NCBI GenBank assembly: GCA_026705605.1
Contig: JAPPAK010000005.1
Span: 13,868 to 77,867 of the forward strand
Reading direction: 5' to 3'
Length of the DNA: 64,000 nt
Origin: Chloroflexota bacterium
Lineage (GTDB): Bacteria; Chloroflexota; Dehalococcoidia; Tepidiformales; Tepidiformaceae
Position numbers and translations under genes: made by a program. The notes beneath the pieces are model-generated. The model saw only the letters and a program-made list of their open reading frames with translations. It searched no databases and had not been told where the DNA came from. Every line of letters starts with the position of its first letter. The stretch's first letter is position 1. Shown here in pieces: positions 35,218 to 43,301 of the stretch.

Positions 35218-36255
35218 TCAGGCGGCGATGTCGGTGACCTGTCCGGTGTCCAGGTCGAGGGCGACGACGGTGGTGACGAGACGCTCGCGGAAGGTCTCCT
35301 TCGTGGGCGTGCTTTCGACGAGGTGCATCTCTTTCGAGGTGCGGCCCTTGACGAGGATGCGGCTGCCTTCGGATTCGAGTTGGAGGTTGTCGAGGAAGCC
35401 CGCCGCCACGAGCATGGCTAGGTGGCCGCGCCGGAGCGGCATGAGCGGTCGCGTGCGCTGGTCCTGGGCGGGCCAGAGCAGGTCGGTGACGGCGGTGCTG
35501 GCCCAGAGCCCCGAGCGCCGCGCCTCGTCCGCCGCCGCCACCGGGTCGACGGTGCGGGTGGCGAAGAGGACGTCCCCCGCGGGCGTGGCCGAGGCCAGGT
35601 AGAGGGGGTAGCGCCGGGGAGCCAGCTCGGGAGCCTCTCCCGCGGCCCACCCGTGGATGCGCTCCTCGGCATAGGCGTCGAGGAAGACCTCCGCCTTGCG
35701 GTAGCCCATGAGGACGACCTGGTCGTAGGCCTCGCGCTCCGGCTCGGGGAAGGCCCAGCAGTCGAGGCGAGAGAAGTGGGAGGCGAGGTACCTTGCCGAC
35801 ACCGCCAGCCGCTGCCGGGGCACGACGAGGACGAGCAGGCCGTCCTCCGCCAGGTAACGGGTGCAGTGGGTGAGGAAGGCGTGCTCAACGCGCTTCTCCT
35901 CCCCCGAGTCCCAGTCGTAGGGTGGATTGAGGTACAACAGCCCGAAGGCGCCGTTGGCGATCGAGGTGGCGAAGAGGTCGGTCCCGAGCACGTGGTCGAG
36001 GCGGGACTTCGCCATCTCCGCGCGCTCGGCGTGGAGTTCCACCCCGTACGTCTCCACGTCGGCGGCGTGCGGCTTGCGGAGGGCGTTCGCCAGCCGCACG
36101 AGGGCATCGCCCTCGCCGCAGCAGGGGTCGAGAACGCGGAGCGTCTCGTCCTTGCGGGCGTAGCCCGCGGGCGGCTGGATCAGCTCCGCGATCAGGTCGG
36201 TCACTCTCTGCGGCGTCGGGTAGAAGCCTCCCTTCGCCTGGGCTGTCAGTCTCAT
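35218..36255 (-). CDS. SAM-dependent DNA amino-methyltransferase (NPPY type)
   Basis: ORF 35218..36642; start set at ATG 36255 (GGAAGGAGA upstream). Motif I is VLDPCCGEGDAL and motif IV is LNPPYD. ATGA overlap with the upstream gene. Confidence 0.8.
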   Translation of the reverse strand: MRLTAQAKGGFYPTPQRVTDLIAELIQPPAGYARKDETLRVLDPCCGEGDALVRLANALRKPHAADVETYGVELHAERAEMAKSRLDHVLGTDLFATSIANGAFGLLYLNPPYDWDSGEEKRVEHAFLTHCTRYLAEDGLLVLVVPRQRLAVSARYLASHFSRLDCWAFPEPEREAYDQVVLMGYRKAEVFLDAYAEERIHGWAAGEAPELAPRRYPLYLASATPAGDVLFATRTVDPVAAADEARRSGLWASTAVTDLLWPAQDQRTRPLMPLRRGHLAMLVAAGFLDNLQLESEGSRILVKGRTSKEMHLVESTPTKETFRERLVTTVVALDLDTGQVTDIAA

Positions 36256-36893
36256 CGGATGTCTCCTTCCTGGTCGGTGGCCGGTGTGGATGCGTCCCCG
36301 TCGCGCGGCAGCGTCAGGAGTCCCGACGCGACCGCCACGGAGAGGTCGTCCCGGAGCGCCTCGGCGTCCGGGTCGCAGCGGTAGGCGACGACGCCCTCCG
36401 ACTGCAGGGGGACGGCCTCCTCCCGCGCCAGCGCCCGCCGCCAGAGCCAGTCCGCCCAGGAGCGGTGCAACGGCAGGGGGCTGCGGCGGTCGAGGAAGCG
36501 ATGGTGGAGCGAGGGCGCCTCCTCCTCGTTCTTCGCCAGGAGGAGGAAGGCGTCCCGCTCGAAGGCGTACTCGGCGAGCCTCGTATGGACGAGGGCGTGC
36601 CAGCCGCCCGAGACGGGCAGGCGGGTGATCTTCGTGGTCCACGTCCCGACCGTCTCGCGGGGGACGTGGCAGCGCTGGTAGCCAGCCGAGAGGGCCATGC
36701 CGTCCGCCCCACGGATGAGGTGAGCGGGGTCGGGCGGCTGCTTCAGGAGCGAGCCCCAGATGGCCTTGAGGGCGGTCTGGGAGCCCACCATGGAGAGGAA
36801 CCAGAGGCCGCCGTCATCGGCGTCCCTGGCGAAGGCGTCGGCCGTGGCGGAGAAGCCGCCGGCGGTAACGGTGTGGAGGTCGTCGGGCGTCAC
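36252..36893 (-). CDS. Hypothetical protein
   Basis: ORF 36252..37043; the likely start is GTG 36893 (GGAGG upstream, GTGA overlap with the preceding gene). No family recognised. Confidence 0.45.
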   Translation of the reverse strand: MTPDDLHTVTAGGFSATADAFARDADDGGLWFLSMVGSQTALKAIWGSLLKQPPDPAHLIRGADGMALSAGYQRCHVPRETVGTWTTKITRLPVSGGWHALVHTRLAEYAFERDAFLLLAKNEEEAPSLHHRFLDRRSPLPLHRSWADWLWRRALAREEAVPLQSEGVVAYRCDPDAEALRDDLSVAVASGLLTLPRDGDASTPATDQEGDIR

Positions 36894-37246
36894 GACGCGG
36901 CCTCCAGGTAGTGGGCTCCGAAGGCGGCGCCCAGGTCGCACCAGTCGTCGGACCGCAGGGACCACTCGCCGCAGGCGCAGCGCCCGTCGTAGTAGAGCGG
37001 CGCTGCGTCGAGCCTCACGATCAGGTCGTGCGGGAGCGTCCACGAGGGCAGCTTCTCGAACGACGCCATCTCCGTGGCCAGGTGGCGGTCGCAGTAGTGA
37101 CCCCAGGTGTCGTCACCGGGGTCGTCGAGGATCTCGGTGGTCGCGGGATGCGGCTGCGGACAGTCGTCGCAGAGCATCCCCTCGACCGCGGGCTGGGTGG
37201 TGAAGGTGTGCCGCCGGTCCTCGAGGACGGCACGGATCGTGGTCAT
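36890..37246 (-). CDS. Small Cys-motif protein, paralogue 1 (GRCACGEWSLRSDDWCDLG)
   Basis: ORF 36890..37306; start set at ATG 37246 (MTTIRAVLE, AAGGAG upstream). It shares the G[HR]C.C..WS.R..[DE]W..LG...[AW]H motif with the genes at 37847 and 38476. Confidence 0.5.
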   Translation of the reverse strand: MTTIRAVLEDRRHTFTTQPAVEGMLCDDCPQPHPATTEILDDPGDDTWGHYCDRHLATEMASFEKLPSWTLPHDLIVRLDAAPLYYDGRCACGEWSLRSDDWCDLGAAFGAHYLEAAS

Positions 37247-37352
37247 GATTCCTGCTCCTTCGTGTGGGTGGGCGGAAACGACGGCGGGGCCGGTCCCGGC
37301 AGGCATGGCCCCGTGGGGCGACGCCCGTTGGCGGCGCTCCGTGTGCGAGCGG

Positions 37353-37850
37353 TCAGTCGAAGAGCTGCCGGTCCTTCAGGCTGACGGCTTCCTCGCTGCC
37401 GATGACGACGTGGTCGAGGAGCTTCAGGCCGAGCAGGTTCGCCGCCTCTGCCAGCTCCCTCGTGACCTTCACGTCCTGGTAGCTGGGGGTGGGGTCACCG
37501 CTCGGGTGGTTGTGGGCGACGATGAGGTTGGGGATGCCCTCGACGACCGCCGGGCGCAGCACCTCGGCCGGCCTGACGACGCTGGAGAAGACGTTCCCCT
37601 GGTAGATGACGCGCTGCCCGACCACGCAGTTGCGGCGATCGAGCAGGAGGATGCGCACCTGCTCCTGGCAGAGGGCGCCCATCTCCTCCCCGAGGAGCTT
37701 CCGGACGTCCTCGGGGCCGGTGATGGAGGGCCCGCCGTCCGCGCGACCGGGGTCGGTCTCGACCTCGTAGCGCACGGCCAGCTCGTTGAGGACATGCAGG
37801 TTGCGGCGCAGCGCCTCCAGCAGGGCCTCGGTGTGGGCCTCAGCCGTCAC
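37353..37850 (-). CDS. radC: RadC-like JAB/MPN domain protein
   Basis: ORF 37353..38516, but only the C-terminal 165 aa look real. The GTG start at 37850 overlaps the upstream stop (GTGA). The JAMM motif is LIVAHNHPSGDPTPS. Confidence 0.85.
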   Translation of the reverse strand: MTAEAHTEALLEALRRNLHVLNELAVRYEVETDPGRADGGPSITGPEDVRKLLGEEMGALCQEQVRILLLDRRNCVVGQRVIYQGNVFSSVVRPAEVLRPAVVEGIPNLIVAHNHPSGDPTPSYQDVKVTRELAEAANLLGLKLLDHVVIGSEEAVSLKDRQLFD

Positions 37851-38347
37851 GATCCCGTCTCCTCGCAGATGCAGTCCTCGTGGTCGGGGGAGTCGGGCTC
37901 CTCGCAGGTGCGGCAGTTGCCGCAGTCGGGGCAGGTGTCGGTCTGGTGGGCGGCATCGCGCGCGTGGCGCCGGGCGACGGTGTCCTCCCAGCAGCAGTTG
38001 CGCTCGCAGTTGTCGCCGCACTCCTCGTTCGCGGCTTCCTCGCAGGCGCGGCAGTGGGTCCGCCCCTTGACGATGGGCGTGCCGCAGCCGCGGCAGTCGC
38101 TGCCATAGTTGTCGATGGCTTCCAGCTCGGCCCGCACCGTCTTGCGGACGAGGTCGTCGTCCGTGGGCCGCTCGGTCGCCGCGATGTAGTGCCATGCCCA
38201 CTTCGTGCCGAGGTCGCTCCAGTCGTCGGTCCGGTAGGACCAGCGGTCGCAGGTGCAGTGGCCGCTGTAGTGGTCGGGCCCCTCGAGCAGGGTCATCACG
38301 AGGGTGTGCCTGCTCACGCAGGGCAGTTCTTCGCGCGTGGTCGTCAT
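37847..38347 (-). CDS. Cys-rich protein, paralogue 2 (GHCTCDRWSYRTDDWSDLG) with Cys-rich tail
   Basis: 166-aa ATG ORF with AAGGAGA upstream. It has the shared motif plus a CRGCGTPIVKGRTHCRACEE zinc-ribbon-like segment and the tail CGDNCERNCCWED...CPDCGNCRTCEE...CICEE. Confidence 0.6.
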   Translation of the reverse strand: MTTTREELPCVSRHTLVMTLLEGPDHYSGHCTCDRWSYRTDDWSDLGTKWAWHYIAATERPTDDDLVRKTVRAELEAIDNYGSDCRGCGTPIVKGRTHCRACEEAANEECGDNCERNCCWEDTVARRHARDAAHQTDTCPDCGNCRTCEEPDSPDHEDCICEETGS

Positions 38348-38383
38348 TGGAGTTTCTCCTTCTGGTGCTGGTTAGTCGGACAC

Positions 38384-38440
38384 GAAGCGGGGCCGCCCCC
38401 GGAAGGACGGCCCCGTGTGCGCTCCCGGTCGGGGAGCGTC
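38384..38440 (-). repeat. Intergenic GC-rich double-hairpin element, copy 1
   Basis: gaagcggggccgcccccggaaggacggccccgtgtgcgctcccggtcggggagcgtc. The stems are GGGGCCG../..CGGCCCC and GCGCTCC../..GGAGCG. It lies between the stop at 38476 and the start at 38347. Confidence 0.65.
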
Positions 38441-38475
38441 TTGCTGGTTGGCTGGTGAGCACCCTGGTCGAGCGC

Positions 38476-38835
38476 TCATGCCCCTTTCGCCGTCTCGGCG
38501 GCGTTGGGCTCCGCACCCGCCGGCTCCTCGCAGGAGTTGCAGCGGCTCCGTCCCTTGACGAGGGGGAAGCCGCAGCCTTCGCAGCCGCCGCCGTAGTCGT
38601 CGAAGGCCTGCAGTTCGGCCTTCACGGCCTGCCGAATGAGCGGGTGGTCGTCGGGCCGCTCGGACTCGGCGACGACGTGCCAGGCCCAGCGGGCGCCGAG
38701 CTCGGCCCACTCGCCCGTCCGCCAGGACCAGCGGTCGCAGGCGCAGTGGCCGTCAAAGCAGTCAGGGCTGAGTCGCTCCGCGCCGTCCAGCGGGGTCACG
38801 ATCAGCCTGTGCGTTCCGTCGTCCGGGTAGTACAC
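38476..38835 (-). CDS. Cys-motif protein, paralogue 3 (GHCACDRWSWRTGEWAELG)
   Basis: 119-aa ORF with a GTG start and GGAGGGA upstream. It shares both the N-terminal motif and the AELQAFDDYGGGCEGCGFPLVKGRSRCNSCEE segment with paralogue 2. Confidence 0.6.
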   Translation of the reverse strand: MYYPDDGTHRLIVTPLDGAERLSPDCFDGHCACDRWSWRTGEWAELGARWAWHVVAESERPDDHPLIRQAVKAELQAFDDYGGGCEGCGFPLVKGRSRCNSCEEPAGAEPNAAETAKGA

Positions 38836-38892
38836 GTCGGGGTTCTCCCTCCGGCTTGCTGGGGCGCGGCACAGGCCGCGCCGGGTCGAGAA

Positions 38893-38950
38893 CGAAAGCG
38901 GGGCCGCCCCCGGAGGGACGGCCCCGTATCGGCGCTCCGGCAGGAGCGTC
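38893..38950 (-). repeat. Intergenic GC-rich double-hairpin element, copy 2
   Basis: cgaaagcggggccgcccccggagggacggccccgtatcggcgctccggcaggagcgtc. Its first hairpin is near-identical to those of copies 1 and 3. Confidence 0.65.
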
Positions 38951-38955
38951 CGGGC

Positions 38956-39999
38956 TCAGCTGACGCGGACCGACTCGGTGGTCTGCTCCGTGACGATCTC
39001 CCTGCGCGTCTCCGCGTCGAGGAGGGCGTTCAGCTTCTTGTGGTTGACCGCGTAGCGCGTGCTGCGCACGAGGCTGACGGTGTGGTCGGCGAGCTCCGCC
39101 TTCGCGGAGCCCCGCTGGCGCATCCACGCCTTGAGGGTGTCGAGGGCCTGACGCTTCGCCCCCTCGGGCTCGCGCAGGGCCTCCCTGGCGACAACGTACG
39201 AGGACACCGCCGCGCGGGCCTCCTCGTCGGTCACCTCGGGCTCTCCGGTCTGCGGCGTTGCCGTGCTCTCCGCCGCGTCACCTGGCAGGCAGGTGGCGAG
39301 GAAGGGACAGGAGTTGCAGCGCCAGCTGCCCGCCTCGAAGTCGCGCTCGGGCAGGGCAGCGGGGTTGGCCCCGTGGGTGGCGTGGTGGGCGCCCAGCGGC
39401 GTGAGCCACTCGCGCGTCCGCTCAAGGGCACGCTCGACCCGCTCAGCCGGGATCACCTCGTGGTCCCAGGCGCGGTCGCCCGTGTCCATCACGGCGATGA
39501 CGGCGTCGCGCGCCTCCCCGAAGAGCCCGTAGGTGTAGAGCGCGGCCTGGGCGACGGAATCGGGGTGGCTGCGCTCGGCTCCGAGGGTCTGCCAGCGCTT
39601 GAACGCCGAGGGCCCGCGGGTCTTCACCTCAATGACGCCGCCCTCCCCGAAGAGGGGCGGCGTACCGGTGGCGTCGGGGTGGCCCGTCACCTTCACCATC
39701 GGGGTGAGCTGCAGGACGACGCCCGTGGGCCTCGTGGCGTCCGCGGGAGTGACCTCCCAGCCCGCCCGCTGCATGGCGTGGAGCACCACCGGCTCCAGGG
39801 CGCGGCCCGTCTCCAGGACGGTCAGGGCCGCGTCGTCCGGCGGCGCGGGCTCGTGGCCCGTGGCTGCGTACCAGAGGGCGCGCCGGCAGCTCATTGCCGC
39901 CGAGGCCCGCACCTCCAGGTGCCCCTCACAGTCGAAGCTGGCACTGGGGCGGTCGTAGGCGCCCGCGTGGGAGGCGGGACCGTTGACGGTTTCCTTCAT
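38956..39999 (-). CDS. Cas4/RecB-family PD-(D/E)XK exonuclease with Fe-S-type cysteines
   Basis: 347-aa ATG ORF. The nuclease core is GHPDATG...GVIEVKTRG. The cysteine pattern is one N-terminal Cys plus CNSCPFLATC (CX2CX5C). A ~100-aa C-terminal extension follows. Confidence 0.7.
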   Translation of the reverse strand: MKETVNGPASHAGAYDRPSASFDCEGHLEVRASAAMSCRRALWYAATGHEPAPPDDAALTVLETGRALEPVVLHAMQRAGWEVTPADATRPTGVVLQLTPMVKVTGHPDATGTPPLFGEGGVIEVKTRGPSAFKRWQTLGAERSHPDSVAQAALYTYGLFGEARDAVIAVMDTGDRAWDHEVIPAERVERALERTREWLTPLGAHHATHGANPAALPERDFEAGSWRCNSCPFLATCLPGDAAESTATPQTGEPEVTDEEARAAVSSYVVAREALREPEGAKRQALDTLKAWMRQRGSAKAELADHTVSLVRSTRYAVNHKKLNALLDAETRREIVTEQTTESVRVS

Positions 40000-40015
40000 G
40001 GGTTCCTCCTCTCAA

Positions 40016-40057
40016 ACGAGAGCGGGGCCGCCCCCGGAGGGACGGCCCCGTGCTCAG
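40016..40057 (-). repeat. Intergenic GC-rich hairpin element, copy 3
   Basis: acgagagcggggccgcccccggagggacggccccgtgctcag, lying between the ssb stop and the exonuclease start. Confidence 0.65.
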
Positions 40058-40075
40058 TTCGCCTGTGGCGTCTGC

Positions 40076-40477
40076 CTAGAAGGGCGTGGGTCCCGCCGCT
40101 TCGGCGACGGGCTCCGCGTCCCCTTCCTGCTCCCCGGAGCGGCCGTTGCCGTTCCCGTTGGAGTCGAGGAAGACGATCTCCTGGGCGTGGATCTCGGTGC
40201 GGTGGATGCGCTGCCCTTCATCCGTCTCGAAGGTGTTCTGGGCGAGCGAGCCCGCCACGTAGACGCGGTTGCCCTTCCGCACGTACTCGGCGACGGCCTC
40301 GGCCTGCTTGCCCCAGCAGACGACGGAGTGCCAGTCGGCCTCCGTCTCGCCGTTCTGGCGGCGGCGGTCGGTGGCCACCCGCAGCTGGCAGATGGCGGTT
40401 CCGCTCTGGCTGTACTTCAGGTCGGGGTCGGCCCCGACGCGGCCCAGCAGCTCGACTCGGTTGATCGTCCGTGACAT
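40076..40477 (-). CDS. ssb: Single-stranded DNA-binding protein
   Basis: 133 aa. The OB-fold N-terminus is MSRTINRVELLGRVGADPDLKYSQSGTAICQLRVAT...WHSVVCWGKQAE. It has a Gly/Asn-rich tail and an acidic C-terminal tip ending in PF. Confidence 0.9.
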   Translation of the reverse strand: MSRTINRVELLGRVGADPDLKYSQSGTAICQLRVATDRRRQNGETEADWHSVVCWGKQAEAVAEYVRKGNRVYVAGSLAQNTFETDEGQRIHRTEIHAQEIVFLDSNGNGNGRSGEQEGDAEPVAEAAGPTPF

Positions 40478-40556
40478 TTCAAACTCTCCTGTTTGTGTTG
40501 GTGGTTGGCGTCATTGGTTGGGGTAGCGGGGAGACCACTACCGGGCGGATGGACGG

Positions 40557-40609
40557 CGGGGCTTGCCGAAGGGCAGACCCCGTGGTGGGCGCTCCCGCGA
40601 GGGAGCGTC
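40557..40609 (-). repeat. Intergenic double-hairpin element, diverged copy 4
   Basis: cggggcttgccgaagggcagaccccgtggtgggcgctcccgcgagggagcgtc has the same two-hairpin architecture and shares the ..CCCCGTG..GGCGCTCCCG..GGGAGCGTC backbone. Confidence 0.55.
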
Positions 40610-40621
40610 GGGGCGTGACGG

Positions 40622-41341
40622 TCAGGCGGCCTTCGGCTCTTCCTCCGCGTCGGAGGACTGGAGCTTGCGGGCCATCGCCTCAAGGAGGTTCGTGAGCTCG
40701 GAGACGGGGACCTCGTCAAGGTCCTGGCCGGTGCGGGTGCGCACGGCGTCCCGCACCTTGCCCTCGTCGAAGCCCTGCTTGCGCCCCAGTTCGACGATCG
40801 TGCGGCGCAGCGCGGGGGCCACGTCGCCGGGGGCACCGTCGCCGTAGAGCCCGTTTCCGAACTGCTCGCCGTACCCCCGCAGGGCGCGCTTGAGCGCGTC
40901 TGTCACCGCCCCCTTGAAGGCGGTCTCGTGGCCCTCGACCGTCTCCTCGGCGACGGCCTGGAAGCCGGTGTCGGTGCGCGACGGTGACCCGGGGACGGTG
41001 ACGCGAACGGTGGCGGCGTAGGCCCGCCAGGGCTTCGCCTCGCCCGTCTTCTGGTCGACGCTCTCGCCCTCACGGATGGTCACGTCGCCAAGCAGCTCCC
41101 AGCCCCAGCCGCCGAACCCGAAGATGCGGTTGGCCTGGTCGATGGCGGCTCGGCCCTCCAGGTAGGCAAAGGTCCGGCCCTTGCGGCCCTTGCGGTAGGA
41201 GACCAGCTCCTCGTCGAGGGGCTCGCCCAGCTTCTGCGTGACGGCGGGCGGAAGCCCGTCCCAGAGCAGGTCGATCTCGCCGGCGGCGGGCTCGGGATGG
41301 GAGCCGTTGCGGCTGACGAGGGCGGTGGTTCCGTTGTTCAT
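40622..41341 (-). CDS. Rad52/Rad22-family single-strand annealing protein
   Basis: ORF 40622..41518; start set at ATG 41341 (AAGGAGAA upstream). The motif block is FAYLEGRAAIDQANRIFGFGGWGWEL...TDTGF...AFKGAVTDALKRALRGYG. Confidence 0.75.
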   Translation of the reverse strand: MNNGTTALVSRNGSHPEPAAGEIDLLWDGLPPAVTQKLGEPLDEELVSYRKGRKGRTFAYLEGRAAIDQANRIFGFGGWGWELLGDVTIREGESVDQKTGEAKPWRAYAATVRVTVPGSPSRTDTGFQAVAEETVEGHETAFKGAVTDALKRALRGYGEQFGNGLYGDGAPGDVAPALRRTIVELGRKQGFDEGKVRDAVRTRTGQDLDEVPVSELTNLLEAMARKLQSSDAEEEPKAA

Positions 41342-41581
41342 CGTGTTCTCCTTCGTGGTGTGTTTCGGTTCGTGCGGGCCTCCCCGGAGGGAGACCCGTG
41401 GGCGGGGCGAGCCCCGGCGGGTAGCGGTCATGGGACCTCCTTCGGTCGGGTTGCGTAACGGCCTGGGCGGGGGTTCACGGGTGAACCCCCTGGGTCGATG
41501 TGGATGGACGGCAGGCACGCGAAGCCGGCCGGCCCCGCAAGGGGCCGGCTAGTCCGCAAGCCGGGGGCTGTGGGGGTGGGG

Positions 41582-42625
41582 CTAGGCGGCGTCCCGGGCA
41601 GCCTGCGTGAGCAGGTGCCTGAAGACGGCCCGTCCGTTGGCCGAGCACGCAAGTTCGGCCACGTCGGTGATGCCGGCGGGCAGGCTCAGGGGGGCGGCGC
41701 GGTGGCCAAGCAAGCCCGTGAGCCGCTCCGTGGCCTCACGCCCCGCCTCGTCGTTGTCGAAGGCGATGAAGACCCTGGGGCAGCCCCGGAGCGCATTGGC
41801 CACGCGCTCAAGGCCCTGTGTTCCGAGGGCGGCGCAGGCGGGCAGTCCCCATTGCGCCAGCATGAGCCAGTCAAAGAGGCCCTCCGTCACGACGGCCCAG
41901 GGTGGGGCGGGGCCAAGACGCCCCAGCCCGAGGACGGGCTTCGGGCCCGGCAGTGACTGGAACCGTGGCGACGCCGCCCGGTCGATGGCGCGCCCGGCAA
42001 GCCAGCGCACGCGCCCGCCCGCGATCTCGGGGACGACCACCATGCCGGCGAAGCGTTCACCGGCCCCGGTGAAGAGCCCCGAGCTAGCCAGCCGCTCGCG
42101 GCCGAAGCCGCTGGCTTCAAGGAAGCGGCGCAGCCCCTGCCCGGATGCGTACCCGAGGCCGAGCCGCACGGCCGCCTCGAAGCCGATGCCGCGCGAGGCG
42201 AGGTAGGCCTTCGCCTCGCGGCTGCGCCGCATCTCACCGCCGTACTGGCGCGCCGCCGCCGTCAGCAGCGCCGGGTCCCGCGGGGGAACCACCGGCGGAG
42301 CTGCCTGGCGGGAGCGGGCGGGGCGACTGGGTGAGGTCGGGGAGCCATCGAGCCGCCGGATCGCCTCCGGCAGGCTCAGGCCTTCGAGGCGCTGGAGGAA
42401 GTCGAGGACGTCGCCGCCCTCGCCGCAGCCGAAGCAGTACCAACGCTCCGTGTCGCCGTACACCGTGAAGCTGCCCTCGCGCTCTTCGTGGAAGGGGCAG
42501 ACCGCCTGGCGGACGCGACCCCTGCCCCGCAGGGGCACGCCCGCCGCCTCCACGACGTCACCGAGCGAGTGGCGTTGCTTGAGGGCCGCGAGGTCCACGG
42601 AAGCAGTAGCGGCCGCGGCGCTCAC
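41582..42625 (-). CDS. DNA primase (CHC2 zinc finger + Toprim)
   Basis: ORF 41582..42829. The GTG start at 42625 has GGAGG upstream and a GTGA overlap. The zinc finger is CPFHEEREGSFTVYGDTERWYCFGCGEGGD. Toprim motifs are VVTEGLFDWL and IAFDNDEAGREA. Confidence 0.8.
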   Translation of the reverse strand: MSAAAATASVDLAALKQRHSLGDVVEAAGVPLRGRGRVRQAVCPFHEEREGSFTVYGDTERWYCFGCGEGGDVLDFLQRLEGLSLPEAIRRLDGSPTSPSRPARSRQAAPPVVPPRDPALLTAAARQYGGEMRRSREAKAYLASRGIGFEAAVRLGLGYASGQGLRRFLEASGFGRERLASSGLFTGAGERFAGMVVVPEIAGGRVRWLAGRAIDRAASPRFQSLPGPKPVLGLGRLGPAPPWAVVTEGLFDWLMLAQWGLPACAALGTQGLERVANALRGCPRVFIAFDNDEAGREATERLTGLLGHRAAPLSLPAGITDVAELACSANGRAVFRHLLTQAARDAA

Positions 42626-43077
42626 GATGCGCCTCCGTCGAGGGCCTGGAGCCCTCGCAGGCTTCGCCGCGAGACGGTCTTGCCGGGACGCCAGAGCATC
42701 CCCAGGACCGCCACCACTTCCAGTGTCGAGCTGTCCCCGCGTGGTGCGAGGATGGCCGCGCGGCCCGTGCCTGGGCTGTAGACGAGCGGTCCGCTGCCGC
42801 CGAAGTGGCGGCGGGCGAGGTCGAGCCACTCGGCGTACACCCAGCGCGCCTGTTGCGGTTCGGCGGTCGCTGTGTCAACGCCAGCGAGCAGTGCGAGGGC
42901 CCCGTTGAGATCGCCCGCCTGCCGCAGCCGGCGGGCGTCGTGGACGGTCCGCGCGAGGCTTTGCTCGGGAGCGTCCGGGCCGCCGCCGAAGATACTGTCG
43001 ATGAGACGGTCCACCAAGGCCTCGAGGGTGGGCCCCGTTGCCGTCGTGAAGGGGATGCTGCTAGTCGCCGTGGTCAT
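42622..43077 (-). CDS. Hypothetical protein
   Basis: ORF 42622..43623; only the last 151 aa look plausible. Start at ATG 43077 (GGAGGAG upstream; ATGA overlap with the upstream small gene). Confidence 0.45.
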   Translation of the reverse strand: MTTATSSIPFTTATGPTLEALVDRLIDSIFGGGPDAPEQSLARTVHDARRLRQAGDLNGALALLAGVDTATAEPQQARWVYAEWLDLARRHFGGSGPLVYSPGTGRAAILAPRGDSSTLEVVAVLGMLWRPGKTVSRRSLRGLQALDGGAS

Positions 43078-43301
43078 CTGGTACTCCTCCGTGTGCTGTT
43101 GGCGTTCCTCTCGGTCGGGCGGATGAGCTGTCGGAGCACGAGTGCTCCCAGGGCGAGGCCCGCCGCGTTCAGCGCGAAGAGCTCCAGGCCGCCGGTCAGG
43201 GGCAGCGGTCCGATGAGCAGGACCGCGAGCACCAGCCGGGTGCGCCACCCCAGGCGGGCGACGAGCGTGATGGCGTCGGTGACGAGTTCCGTGATGCGCA
43301 T
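43074..43301 (-). CDS. Small predicted membrane protein
   Basis: Start set at ATG 43301 (AAGGAGAAG upstream). It has two hydrophobic segments (LVLAVLLIGPLPLTGG, LFALNAAGLALGALVL). It is the first gene of the long minus-strand operon. Confidence 0.4.
   Translation of the reverse strand: MRITELVTDAITLVARLGWRTRLVLAVLLIGPLPLTGGLELFALNAAGLALGALVLRQLIRPTERNANSTRRSTR

Noticed and set aside
35057-35650. N-terminal extensions of track ORFs (32801..35650, 35218..36642, 37353..38516, 40622..41518, 42622..43623, 36252..37043, 24041..25330, 44976..46079)
   Set aside because: The extended parts are R/P/G-rich junk that overlaps the upstream gene. In each case an internal ATG or GTG with a good Shine-Dalgarno sequence, often forming an ATGA/GTGA overlap with the preceding stop, begins the recognisable domain.
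38194-40464. 756-aa plus-strand ORF spanning four genes (similar cases: 33431..35083, 35422..36384, 37107..38108, 42805..44385, 41607..42206)
   Set aside because: This is R/G/A-rich low-complexity translation lying opposite well-supported minus-strand genes (Cys-motif paralogues, Cas4-like exonuclease, SSB). It has no RBS or motifs.
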